A stretch of DNA of 63,889 bases, filler included, from an uncultured bacterium (GTDB lineage Bacteria; CAZSTA01), in the NCBI GenBank assembly GCA_964609495.1. It is 10 parts of 10 records of this genome, joined end to end, with 100 filler letters (N's around TTAATTAATTAA, not from the genome) between each part and the next. Parts side by side here need not be neighbours in the genome. Positions count along the whole stretch, not along the records: positions 6,630 to 13,104 come from CAZSTA010000202.1; positions 13,205 to 19,558 come from CAZSTA010000204.1; positions 19,659 to 26,009 come from CAZSTA010000205.1; 7 more parts are not named here. The stretch is one strand, 5' to 3'. The notes beneath the pieces are model-generated. The model was not told the origin of the DNA, did no database searches, and worked only from the letters and a program-made list of their open reading frames with translations. Every line of letters begins with the position of its first letter. The stretch's first letter is position 1. The position numbers and the translations under genes were made by a program. Positions 11,431 to 20,045 of this stretch are shown here, one piece after another.

Positions 11431-12048
11431 CTAATCGAAGTCCGTCAACCAATCTGGATGACGATAATGCTCAAAGAGTCGGGCTACTTGAGCAGGTGTA
11501 ACCCGAGAGATAGATAGTTCGGGAAGCTCATCCTCGGGGAAGAATGCCACGTCATCCGTCTCCAAACTCCGCGATGGGGATCCGCCTATAAGCTCGCATT
11601 GAAAGAAAAGTTTGTAGATATAAAACGGATGAGGCGTATGCGCATGTCTGCTCCTGTCATAGAGGGCTAGCAGTTTGACCGCTCGGGTGCGGTAACCAGA
11701 CTCTTCATACACTTCTCGAACTACAGCCTCGCTGGGAGATTCGTTGACATCGGCCCATCCGCCCGGCAACGTCCAGAGGCCATCTTCTTTTTCCTTGACC
11801 AATAAGATGGTATCGCCACGAAACACTGCTCCTCGCACGTCAACTTTGGGAGTCGCGTAGCCTACCTCACTGGCGAAGAGATCACGGACGTAGTTCAGCT
11901 CCACATCGGAATGAGCGACCATAATCTCAGTGGCAATATCGCGCACTGACTCGTATCGCTCAATGTCAAAAGGATTTTGGGTGTAGGTAAGACCGTTTTG
12001 GGCAATCGCTTGTAACTTTTTTGCCCATTTAAGCCACTTAGGATCCAT
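11431..12048 (-). CDS. Nudix hydrolase with Nudix_N domain (ADP-ribose pyrophosphatase YjhB-like)
   Basis: LQAIAQNGLTY, GYATPKVDVR, Nudix box GGWADVNESPSEAVVREVYEESG. Confidence 0.92.
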   Translation of the reverse strand: MDPKWLKWAKKLQAIAQNGLTYTQNPFDIERYESVRDIATEIMVAHSDVELNYVRDLFASEVGYATPKVDVRGAVFRGDTILLVKEKEDGLWTLPGGWADVNESPSEAVVREVYEESGYRTRAVKLLALYDRSRHAHTPHPFYIYKLFFQCELIGGSPSRSLETDDVAFFPEDELPELSISRVTPAQVARLFEHYRHPDWLTDFD

Positions 12049-12138
12049 AAATCCCTCCTAATCGGATAACATTTAGGTATATCTAAAGTCCTGCTATTAT
12101 GTTCTCTCACAAAAAGTGCCCTTGTTTCTCTTCCTAGA

Positions 12139-12945
12139 CTATCTCACCACAGGTGCCAGAAAATGCAGAGCATTAAACCGTTCAAAAGCCTTGAGAAAAT
12201 CCTCGGCTTCCAAGCTGATGGTCCTTCCATCAACACGTGTCACAAAGTCTAAGTATTCGAGCGCATCCGCGTATGATGGATCAATGAACACAACCTGAAC
12301 TGTAACAGGGCTATTAAAAACGAAGGGCTTGAAATCTGAGGCGCGCTTTACTGCCTCAGTAGCCGCCTTCTCGATCATCTCACGGGCTCTCTTCACCGGC
12401 ACACAGCGAGCGGAAGAACGGCTCACTCCCTCCTTTACCGCCACAGTTTCGATCTCACCTAAAAGCGATCGAGCCTCTTCGCATGCCGCCCGGTCGCCGG
12501 CGACAAGGCCGACTGGCACTCCGTAGAATCCACACAGGGCAGCATCGGTGCCAATCTCTCCCACCTCGATGCCATTGAAAGAGAGGGAGAAGATATTCCC
12601 AGCAAAGGTGTGCGCCATAACGCCGTGTAGGGTCCCAGCTTTGGAATGATAACCCACAAACATCGCAAGATCGAACGAATCGTCAATGCCACCCATATGA
12701 TTCATTGGTTTCGGTTGACCAGAAAGATAGCTTACCCTGGAGTCAAGTTGCCCAGGTAACAGATTGCGCATATTGCCATGACTTTCTCCGGCAAACACCT
12801 CGGTCGCACCTCCGGCAAACGCGCCCCGTGCGGCCGCGTTTACTTCCTCGGTCATCAATCGCCGTTCGAGTTCTCGTTGAGAATCATCCCACTGGACGAG
12901 TCCTGCGATTCCTTCCATATCAACTGCTACAAACACTTTCATCAT
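12139..12945 (-). CDS. M55-family D-aminopeptidase (DppA-like)
   Basis: VAVDMEG, ESHG, FVGYHSKAG, MAHT, GEIG, GD, VKEG motifs. Confidence 0.9.
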   Translation of the reverse strand: MMKVFVAVDMEGIAGLVQWDDSQRELERRLMTEEVNAAARGAFAGGATEVFAGESHGNMRNLLPGQLDSRVSYLSGQPKPMNHMGGIDDSFDLAMFVGYHSKAGTLHGVMAHTFAGNIFSLSFNGIEVGEIGTDAALCGFYGVPVGLVAGDRAACEEARSLLGEIETVAVKEGVSRSSARCVPVKRAREMIEKAATEAVKRASDFKPFVFNSPVTVQVVFIDPSYADALEYLDFVTRVDGRTISLEAEDFLKAFERFNALHFLAPVVR

Positions 12946-13018
12946 TCGTCCTCCTTCATCTAATTTCTGATAACTTAAGTAGCTTCAAAAAAGTTTTGGG
13001 CTGTTTTGTCTGATAGGT

Positions 13019-13060
13019 CTTGAACTCACCTTAAATCACCTTCCCCTAACCCCTCCCGTC
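13019..13060 (+). repeat. partial REP/MITE copy (left hairpin half)
   Basis: TAAATCACCTTCCCCTAACCCCTCCCGTC matches the copy at ~19699-19727. Confidence 0.7.
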
Positions 13061-13104
13061 TTGGTTTTTGCTGAATTAATAAGGCTATCAAGGAATCTTG
13101 TTAA
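13061..13104 (+). repeat. 44-bp dispersed repeat; inverted copy at 57928-57971
   Basis: TTGGTTTTTGCTGAATTAATAAGGCTATCAAGGAATCTTGTTAA versus reverse complement of 57928-57971: 1 mismatch. Confidence 0.85.
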
Positions 13105-13204
13105 NNNNNNNNNNNNNNNNNNNNNNNNNNNNNNNNNNNNNNNNNNNNTTAATTAATTAANNNNNNNNNNNNNNNNNNNNNNNNNNNNNNNNNNNNNNNN
13201 NNNN

Positions 13205-13510
13205 GAGTAGCATTGGGATGTGGACTCCCTTAACAATAAGAATCCTCCCCTCTTCAAGAGCAAGCTCCCCTAATCCTAAAGCCTTAGCTTCATCTTGGAA
13301 ATCTTCCATTACTCTCTTAACACTAGTTCCCAGAGCGATGAAATCGGAGGGTTTAGCTTCGCTTAGAGCTCTCACTTCTATTATATCTCCCTCTTTAGCT
13401 TCGGCCTCAGGGACTACTAGTTCTCTCAGCTCTTCCTCTTGGGCTAGAGCTACTCCTACTATCAAACTCAGGCTAAGGATGAGAACTGCAATTAGCAATA
13501 ATTTCTTCAT
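13205..13510 (-). CDS. secreted protein, paralog of 13535-14206 (3' truncated by scaffold end)
   Basis: Same RBS (GAAAGGAGAAAGT-ATG), signal peptide ending ALA, near-identical VVPEAEAKEGDIIEVRALSEAKPSDFIALGTSxKRVMEDFQDEA. Confidence 0.85.
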
Positions 13511-13534
13511 ACTTTCTCCTTTCTTTATTTTTAC

Positions 13535-14206
13535 TTAAAAAAAACACCTAACTGAGCAGTAAGTGTTAGCAACAGTTCCACATGCAGCACATGCAAAGCA
13601 AGTGCCAATGCTGGGAGCAGCGATACATGCGGCACAATCACTAGCACACCAGGGACATGCATTGACGATACATTTTCCATAGCATTTCCAATACCCCGAC
13701 CCTCTCTGTATCTGCCCCTCAGCCATCTTAACCTTTCCAGTCTCCAAATCCATCTCATATTGTCCACCCTCGAGGGTAACCATCATCACAGCCTTTCCTG
13801 CTTTCTCAGTAATCTCGAGGATAATTCCCATAGCTTCTCGACCATAGGATAGCATATTCTCAGGAAGATAGCCGAAGAACTGGATCTTGTCCCCCTTCAC
13901 GGGAGCGAGGAGGATTGGACTATGGACTCCTTTGGCAACGATAATCTTCCCCTGCTCAAGATCAAGCTCCCCTACTCCGAAACTTGTAGCTTCATCTTGG
14001 AAATCTTCCATTACTCTCTTAGCACTAGTCCCCAGAGCGATGAAATCGGAGGGTTTAGCTTCGCTTAGAGCTCTCACTTCTATTATATCTCCCTCTTTAG
14101 CTTCGGCCTCAGGAACTACTTCTATCTCTCCCTCTTGGGCTAGAGCTACTCCTACTATCAAACTCAGACCGAGGGTGAGAACTGCAATTAGCAGTAATTT
14201 CTTCAT
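13535..14206 (-). CDS. secreted protein with C-terminal 11-Cys domain (halocin C8-like / bacteriocin-precursor-like architecture)
   Basis: Sec-type signal MKKLLLIAVL...VALA, acidic pro-region, C-terminus YWKCYGKCIVNACPWCASDCAACIAAPSIGTCFACAACGTVANTYCSVRCFF. The ORF is well supported; the function is inferred. Confidence 0.6.
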   Translation of the reverse strand: MKKLLLIAVLTLGLSLIVGVALAQEGEIEVVPEAEAKEGDIIEVRALSEAKPSDFIALGTSAKRVMEDFQDEATSFGVGELDLEQGKIIVAKGVHSPILLAPVKGDKIQFFGYLPENMLSYGREAMGIILEITEKAGKAVMMVTLEGGQYEMDLETGKVKMAEGQIQRGSGYWKCYGKCIVNACPWCASDCAACIAAPSIGTCFACAACGTVANTYCSVRCFF

Positions 14207-14280
14207 ACTTTCTCCTTTCTGTATCTTAGCTCAGCGGACTGAATCATCAGCAAATAGGATATAAATAAATTACCTTTTAC

Positions 14281-14308
14281 ATTATAACAAATTGTGAAAA
14301 AAAAGCAA
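14281..14308 (-). promoter_or_regulatory. putative promoter of the tandem secreted-protein genes
   Basis: TTGCTT-16nt-TATAAT with extended -10 TG on the minus strand. Confidence 0.5.
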
Positions 14309-14450
14309 GGATTTTTTAGCTTGTTGGAAAGAAATACCTTCAAGTTCGCTTTGTATCGCCCAGTTCAGTAATCCAAATTGTAAGGAGGTGAATCGCTGCT
14401 TTGCTGGCTATAAGCTAATCATAGACCTATCATTTTCAAGATAACTATTC

Positions 14451-15263
14451 TCAAAATTTCCAGCTCATAGCAAGCATCAATACTTCTCGGAGCTGCACCT
14501 TCTCCGAGGTCTTCTTATCATAACGAACATCAAGATCTAAATTGAGGACAAGATTCTTCGTTATTTCGGAAGCTAATTCACTCTCCCATTCGCCTACCAA
14601 AGGTCTTGCGAAGGAGATGAACACCTCCAAGTCAGAATCCAGCTTCAAGGTGGGACTGAGCTGTTTCCTGTATCTCAGATCGGCTTTTATCCCCCACTGG
14701 AAGTTAGTTGCAGGGGGATCATCAGAGAAAATCATAATTTCTCTGGCGAGAAGGCTCAGCCGAGCTCTTCTTAATCCAGGGGCTGAAATTAGCCTTCTGG
14801 AAGTTAATCCCGCTTGGAGGGTTGAATATAAGGGATTGGGGAATTCGGTGAACTGGGTTTCGATCAACAAAGTAGCTATAGGATCAAAATCTCCAGCAGC
14901 ATCGTATATATACTCGCCGTCAAACTCAATATCGTCATATATAATCTTATCAGTTAAATCCTCCAACTGAGACTTGCCGTAATTCATTTCAAGTTCGAAG
15001 ACCCAGGTGTCCTTATCCGTCTCTCTCTGTATTGTTCCATCGAGGTCTAAGACATAGGTAAGGACAGGTTTTTCAGTTTCAAACTTATCGGTCCATTGGC
15101 TATAGGAAGCATGATTTAAACCTGCCATAAAGGTCCACTCTTGATCCCAACCGCTATCATCCTCCTCATCTTCTCCCCAAGCTTGGGAGGGACTGAATAT
15201 TAGTAGAAGAGCTATTAATCCTAGAGGTAATATAATTCTCATAGTGAATCTCCTTTTAATCAT
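14451..15263 (-). CDS. outer-membrane beta-barrel protein (DUF3078/DUF481-like)
   Basis: Signal peptide (likely start MRIIL), alternating amphipathic beta-strands, C-terminal ...LAMSWKF. Confidence 0.65.
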   Translation of the reverse strand: MIKRRFTMRIILPLGLIALLLIFSPSQAWGEDEEDDSGWDQEWTFMAGLNHASYSQWTDKFETEKPVLTYVLDLDGTIQRETDKDTWVFELEMNYGKSQLEDLTDKIIYDDIEFDGEYIYDAAGDFDPIATLLIETQFTEFPNPLYSTLQAGLTSRRLISAPGLRRARLSLLAREIMIFSDDPPATNFQWGIKADLRYRKQLSPTLKLDSDLEVFISFARPLVGEWESELASEITKNLVLNLDLDVRYDKKTSEKVQLREVLMLAMSWKF

Positions 15264-15409
15264 AGCTTAAGAGCTCAAAACCTACTATCTTCCCGATTAA
15301 AGCCAACTTCTTCAAACTCCTTGCCTCATAAACCTCGTTAATAAATAAAAAGGAAGCAAGATAGTTACTAACTATACACAAGCTTCCAGCAGGAATTAAA
15401 GGTCAGGTA

Positions 15410-15495
15410 TGGTGCGAGGAGCGGGACTCGAACCCGCATGGCTATTAACCACTGGATCCTAAGTCCAGCGCGTCTGCCAATTCCGCCATCCTCGC
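15410..15495 (-). tRNA. tRNA-Leu(TAG) with encoded CCA
   Basis: GCGAGGA acceptor stem, D-arm TGGCGGAATTGGCAGACGC, anticodon arm CTGGA-CTTAGGA-TCCAG, long variable arm, GGTTCGAGTCC, TCCTCGC-ACCA. Confidence 0.97.
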
Positions 15496-15515
15496 TTATT
15501 AATTTTTTCTGATAT

Positions 15516-15544
15516 ATTATACTATACTTAGACCTAGAAGTCAA
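15516..15544 (-). promoter_or_regulatory. promoter of tRNA-Leu
   Basis: TTGACT-17nt-TATAAT ending ~20 nt upstream of the tRNA 5' end. Confidence 0.75.
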
Positions 15545-15589
15545 GGGGTATTTCAACTAAGCATTAGAATATCGTGTTAGCAGATTTGG

Positions 15590-15710
15590 ATTTGAATTTC
15601 CTTAAATCACCCTCCCCTCAAGGGGGAATAAAGAGAGCAATCTTATCTCAACGTTCCCTCTCCCCTTGTGGGAGAGGGATAGGGTGAGGGGGAATTCTAT
15701 TATAAATTCC
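15590..15710 (+). repeat. REP/MITE copy
   Basis: TAAATCACCCTCCCC...ATAAAGAGAGCAATCTTATCT...GTGGGAGAGGGATAGGGTGAGGGGGAATT, shared with 19660-19843. Confidence 0.8.
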
Positions 15711-15771
15711 CCTATCAGTTCAGCACAGCAGTTCCACCCTTCTGATCTTGAATAGAGAGATAAGAAGCGAA

Positions 15772-16245
15772 TTATTCACGATAACTAACCTTCAATATCT
15801 TATACCTCACCTCTCCTATCGGGATCTCTATAGTGACTATCTCTCCTTCCCTCTTTCCTAATAATCCACTGCCTATCGGAGAATTGCTAGTGATATAACC
15901 TTGGCTGATATCCATAAATTCTTGATCACCAACGATGGTATACTCAAACTCATCCATAGAACTCTCATCTTGGATAGTTACGGTGCTTCCAATACTCACC
16001 ACTCCCTCTTCAGCTTGTTCTATGATCACACAATTTTCGAGCTTTTGCCTTATCTCCCTTATCCAAGTTTCATTCAGAGCTTTTTCCTCTCTAGCCGCAT
16101 CCAAAGGGGAATTCTCAGCCACATCCTTATCACTAAGAGCCCGAGCGATATCCTGAGAGATCCTCCTGGATTTTCTCTCCAACTCCACAAGCTTTTCTTT
16201 AAGCTTCCCCTTTTCCTCCAAGGTAAGATATACCGGTTCCTCCAA
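15772..16245 (-). CDS. greA: transcription elongation factor GreA/GreB family
   Basis: YLTLE...L; DVAEN (acidic D/E tip retained); VSIGSTV; SNSPIGSGLLGKREGE. Confidence 0.88.
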   Translation of the reverse strand: MEEPVYLTLEEKGKLKEKLVELERKSRRISQDIARALSDKDVAENSPLDAAREEKALNETWIREIRQKLENCVIIEQAEEGVVSIGSTVTIQDESSMDEFEYTIVGDQEFMDISQGYITSNSPIGSGLLGKREGEIVTIEIPIGEVRYKILKVSYRE

Positions 16246-16325
16246 TTTAATCCCTCCATATTAACTAACTTGATGAACTATGCTCAAGAAGTCGTCTTCT
16301 CCACTTATGATCGCTTTCTGAATAA

Positions 16326-17555
16326 TTAATCTATCTCAATGGGATAATCTCGATATTCCTTCACCGTCTCGAACATCGCCACTATATTCTCCGGTGGGAC
16401 CTCCAACAGGATGTTATGCACCTGATTGAATACGAACCCTCCCCCAGGGGCGAATATCTTCAACCTTCTCTTAACATGCTCTCTGACTTCCTCGGGAGTT
16501 TCCATAAGAAGCACTTGTTGAGTATCACAACCTCCCCCCCAGAAGGTTATCTTATCCCCAAACTCGCTTTTTAATCTCTCAGGCTCCATATTAACCGCTG
16601 AAGTCTGCACAGGATTCAATATATCGACTCCAATATCGATCAGATCAGGGATAAGATCATAGACAGAACCACAGGAGTGGAGAAAGACGTAGATATCGGA
16701 ATTATCTTTGACATAATCATATATCTTCTTATGGCGAGGCTTAAACAATCCTCGATACATAGCAGGAGATATCTGAAGAGCTAACTGCGTTCCCAGGTCA
16801 TCACCCATCTGAATGATCTGAATATAGTCTCCCACAGCTTCCAAATATCTTCTCAGATTTTCGAGATGCATCTCCACCATTCTATCGAGCATATACTCTA
16901 TAAACTTTTGATCTGCCGCTAAGTCGAACATGAACTTCTCATATCCACATAAGAAGTGACCGCCTTCCAGCAAGTTACCCCCAAATCCGCCCATAATAGC
17001 TCGATCTGTGCTTCCATAAAGTTCCCTTGCGTTCTTACCCAGAAGTTCAAATTCATCCTCTCCCCACAACTGACTTTCCCAATTGAACTTTTTGAGATCA
17101 TCTATAGTGGTAGCAGAAGCTAAAGGGAAGTGAATCGCATCAAACCAATAGCCCCCAGCAGGCATCTTAGCCATAGGGGTACCATCCATATCACGTATAA
17201 TAGTGCTTCCATCCTCAGCGATGACTGGATCGAACTCGGAAGAGATCAGAGCGGGAGTTCTATCGCTTAAGGTGTAAGGTTTCCACTCCTCGTTACCCAA
17301 ATCAAAGGTGGCTTTCACCCTATCCAGAGGAACAACATCAACTTCAAATAGGTCCAAAATAGGCTCCTCCACAATAGCCAATTGTTGCATAATATCATAA
17401 ACCTTTATCTCTCCCTCCTCGATCCCCAGATACTTCTTCAGCTTGCTATAAGCAGGAGCCATAATTCCAGTGGATCTCATTCCCCCAAAGTCGATGGGAA
17501 CTTTATCCGGTTCCTCGTGCTTGATAGCCTTTAATACTCGCTCTCTCGAATTCAT
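16326..17555 (-). CDS. uroporphyrinogen decarboxylase-family protein (MtaA/CmuA-like corrinoid methyltransferase)
   Basis: MNSRERVLKAIKHEEPDKVP, GDDLGTQ, LHSCG, FWGGGCDTQ, GGGFVFNQVHNI. Confidence 0.88.
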   Translation of the reverse strand: MNSRERVLKAIKHEEPDKVPIDFGGMRSTGIMAPAYSKLKKYLGIEEGEIKVYDIMQQLAIVEEPILDLFEVDVVPLDRVKATFDLGNEEWKPYTLSDRTPALISSEFDPVIAEDGSTIIRDMDGTPMAKMPAGGYWFDAIHFPLASATTIDDLKKFNWESQLWGEDEFELLGKNARELYGSTDRAIMGGFGGNLLEGGHFLCGYEKFMFDLAADQKFIEYMLDRMVEMHLENLRRYLEAVGDYIQIIQMGDDLGTQLALQISPAMYRGLFKPRHKKIYDYVKDNSDIYVFLHSCGSVYDLIPDLIDIGVDILNPVQTSAVNMEPERLKSEFGDKITFWGGGCDTQQVLLMETPEEVREHVKRRLKIFAPGGGFVFNQVHNILLEVPPENIVAMFETVKEYRDYPIEID

Positions 17556-17602
17556 AACTTATTCCTCCTTCTGAATTTGGAAATTAGATCAATAACTACT
17601 GC

Positions 17603-18610
17603 TCAATTACGATACTCCCTCACCGCCTCTAGATGCTCACTATAGGTGCTAGAGAAGTGATGAGAGCCATCTCCCTTAGCTACAAAGTAGAGGTAATCCA
17701 CCTCAGCAGGCTCGAGAGCCGCCCTTATAGAATCGAGACCGGGATTGGATATGGGGTGAGGAGGTAAGCCATATCTAATATAGGTATTGAAAAGGGAATC
17801 AACTTGAAGATCATCATAAGTGAGCGGTCTGATGTTTTCCCTGATAGCATACCTAACCGTAGGACATGCTTGAAGCTTCATCCCCCGCTTTAAACGGTTG
17901 TGAAATACCGCTGATATCAGAGGACGTTCGTCCTTATTCTTAGCCTCCTTCTCTATTATCGAGGCTAAGGTGGTGATCTGAGATAGCGATAAATTGGTTT
18001 CGCTCTTCCGATATATGGGGATCACCTTTTCTTTAAACTCCTCGAACATAATCATCGCTATCTGCTCCTCAGATATCCTTCGGGAGAAATTATAGGTATC
18101 TGGATATAAATATCCCTCTAGGTTAGTCAAAGAAGCCAGCTTCTCTATTTTATAACTTCTATTCACCACCTGAAGAAACTTCTCTTTATCCACAAATCCC
18201 TTAGCGCTTAGAAGATCAGCGATCTGTTCACTTGTATATCCTTCAGGGATAGTCACTGGATGTAGAACTACTTCTCCTTTCACCAGCTTGTCCAAGATCT
18301 CTCCTGCGTTAAGATGAGGAGATAATCTATATTCACCAGCCTTAATTCTCCTATCATATCCGCCAAGTCTAGCTATTTGGCTGAACCAAAACTCACTTCT
18401 AATGAGATTATTTTCCTTCAACATAAGAGCGATCTCTTCAGTTCCACTTCCAGGAGTGATAATTACCGTCTTATAATCAGGTTTATCCGTTACTGGATTA
18501 AAAGCTTGCGAGGCTGATATAAGAGCTAGAAGAACGAGAATCACTATGATCTGAACTATCACTATAAAAGTGACGGAGATACTCCTAAATGCTTTTGAAG
18601 ACATCTTCAT
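17603..18610 (-). CDS. mltG: endolytic transglycosylase MltG
   Basis: N-terminal TM, VTIPEG, LEGYLYPDTY, LASIIEKEA, NTY...GLPPHPISNPG. Confidence 0.95.
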   Translation of the reverse strand: MKMSSKAFRSISVTFIVIVQIIVILVLLALISASQAFNPVTDKPDYKTVIITPGSGTEEIALMLKENNLIRSEFWFSQIARLGGYDRRIKAGEYRLSPHLNAGEILDKLVKGEVVLHPVTIPEGYTSEQIADLLSAKGFVDKEKFLQVVNRSYKIEKLASLTNLEGYLYPDTYNFSRRISEEQIAMIMFEEFKEKVIPIYRKSETNLSLSQITTLASIIEKEAKNKDERPLISAVFHNRLKRGMKLQACPTVRYAIRENIRPLTYDDLQVDSLFNTYIRYGLPPHPISNPGLDSIRAALEPAEVDYLYFVAKGDGSHHFSSTYSEHLEAVREYRN

Positions 18611-18693
18611 ATTAACTATCCCTAACTTGGGACTTCATCCCATAATCTCCAATTTCTATCTTCTGTCTGAAGGGCAGAGAGGTGCTAGCTATC

Positions 18694-19188
18694 TCACCTA
18701 AATTTTATATCCCAATCGTATGGTATCTGATCGGTGTCATAAGGCAGGCGATATTCATCGGGTTCATCCCGACTGTAAACTCTGGTGGGGAAGTTTAACA
18801 ACAAGGATGGCACAACCCCTATAGTCTTATATCCATGCATTACTCCAATCGGTATTCTAAGCAAGATACTATTTTGCTCGCCTAAGAAGAACTCGTTCAC
18901 CTCACCCTTAGTGGGGGAATCCCCCCTAGCATCATAGAGAACTGCCTTGATCATACCTCTTACCACCACAAAAAAGTCGTTTTGTAACTTATGGTAATGC
19001 CAAGCCCTTATCACCCCTGGGTAATTAAGGGATACATAAACCTGTCCAAACCTCTCGAATATCTCATCATCCTCCCTCAGGATCTCCATTAACATTCCTC
19101 TTTCATCAGCATTCATCTTCAATTGTTTAATCCTGACTCCTTCTATAAGGGAGGAAGGATTTCCCCCTGTTCCTCTGTTTTTATTCAT
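18694..19188 (-). CDS. dTDP-4-dehydrorhamnose 3,5-epimerase family (RmlC-like cupin)
   Basis: DERG, GVIRAWHYH, YDARGDSPT, IPIGVMHGY. Confidence 0.85.
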   Translation of the reverse strand: MNKNRGTGGNPSSLIEGVRIKQLKMNADERGMLMEILREDDEIFERFGQVYVSLNYPGVIRAWHYHKLQNDFFVVVRGMIKAVLYDARGDSPTKGEVNEFFLGEQNSILLRIPIGVMHGYKTIGVVPSLLLNFPTRVYSRDEPDEYRLPYDTDQIPYDWDIKFR

Positions 19189-19199
19189 AATTCATCCCC

Positions 19200-19558
19200 T
19201 TATCTATCGGATAAAATATCAGAGACATAGACGAAACAGACACCTTTACCCTCCACCTCTGGGATCATCTCTTGGAGAGCCAAAAAGGTGTTAAATCTTA
19301 CATGACCTATTCCAATCGCCTCTCCATCCTTCAAGGCGATCTCAATCAAAAGACGAATGCGTCCTTTTATATACTCGATATCGCTCTGATTATCCAAGTT
19401 TACCCTATTTCTAGCCGAGGGAATCCCCATCTCCCTCGCTACTGTCAAAGCTACTGATTTTTTAGACGTCCTGCTATCTATAAAATATAGGTTCCTGGCT
19501 TTGATCTCGCTCAGCACGGCTCGCATAGTTCTCTCATCCTCAGTAGCTTTAGAGCCCA
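19200..19558 (-). CDS. divergent polysaccharide deacetylase family protein, C-terminal part (5' lost at scaffold end)
   Basis: GSKATEDERTMRAVL...LYFIDSRTS...LDN...AIGIGH. Confidence 0.85.
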
Positions 19559-19659
19559 NNNNNNNNNNNNNNNNNNNNNNNNNNNNNNNNNNNNNNNNNN
19601 NNTTAATTAATTAANNNNNNNNNNNNNNNNNNNNNNNNNNNNNNNNNNNNNNNNNNNNT

Positions 19660-19843
19660 GTAAGCATGTAGAATATTGTGCTAGCGGTTTGAACCCCCTA
19701 AATCACCCTCTCCTAACCCCTCCCGTCGAGGGCGGGGGAAATAAAGAGAGCAGTCTTATCTGGATGTTCCCCCTCGTGGGAGAGGGATAGGGTGAGGGGG
19801 GTTATATCTTGAACTCACTAGCGCAAACTTTTACATTGCTTAC
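19660..19843. mobile_element. MITE-like element: ~35-bp imperfect terminal inverted repeats enclosing two REP-like hairpins
   Basis: Left GTAAGCATGTAGAATATTGTGCTAGCGGTTTGAA versus reverse complement of right end GTAAGCAATGTAAAAGTTTGCGCTAGTGAGTTCAA; the interior is shared with 5 other loci. Confidence 0.65.
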
Positions 19844-20045
19844 CAAAAGGCTTGACATTTTTGAGAATGTGTGATATAGTATAATTTGGAGATAATATCA
19901 ATAAGAGTTCTTCAACAAACCTAGGGTTGCTTTATGATCATAGTTTGAAGGAGGTGATTTTTCCGTATTAACTCAGAAGAGATGTAGAGATGAGCAAAAG
20001 ATGAGATTACCCAAAAAAATTCATTTTACAAAGGAGGAAAGAGAA

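Noticed and set aside
13218-14264. Duplicated plus-strand ORFs 13218-13538 and 13887-14264, and minus-strand ORF 13531-13767, as immunity genes
   Set aside because: Antisense or alternate-frame shadows of the duplicated secreted genes, with no convincing RBS.
14354-14367. 14-bp match TATCGCCCAGTTCA also at 45454-45467
   Set aside because: A lone 14-mer match is expected by chance in 64 kb, and the flanks do not extend.
15410-15495. tRNA-Leu as the integration site of an island carrying the Cys-rich genes
   Set aside because: No integrase or duplicated tRNA 3' end is visible on the scaffold; cannot be supported from this window.
15368-15556. 62-aa ORF
   Set aside because: It is a translation across tRNA-Leu and its promoter.
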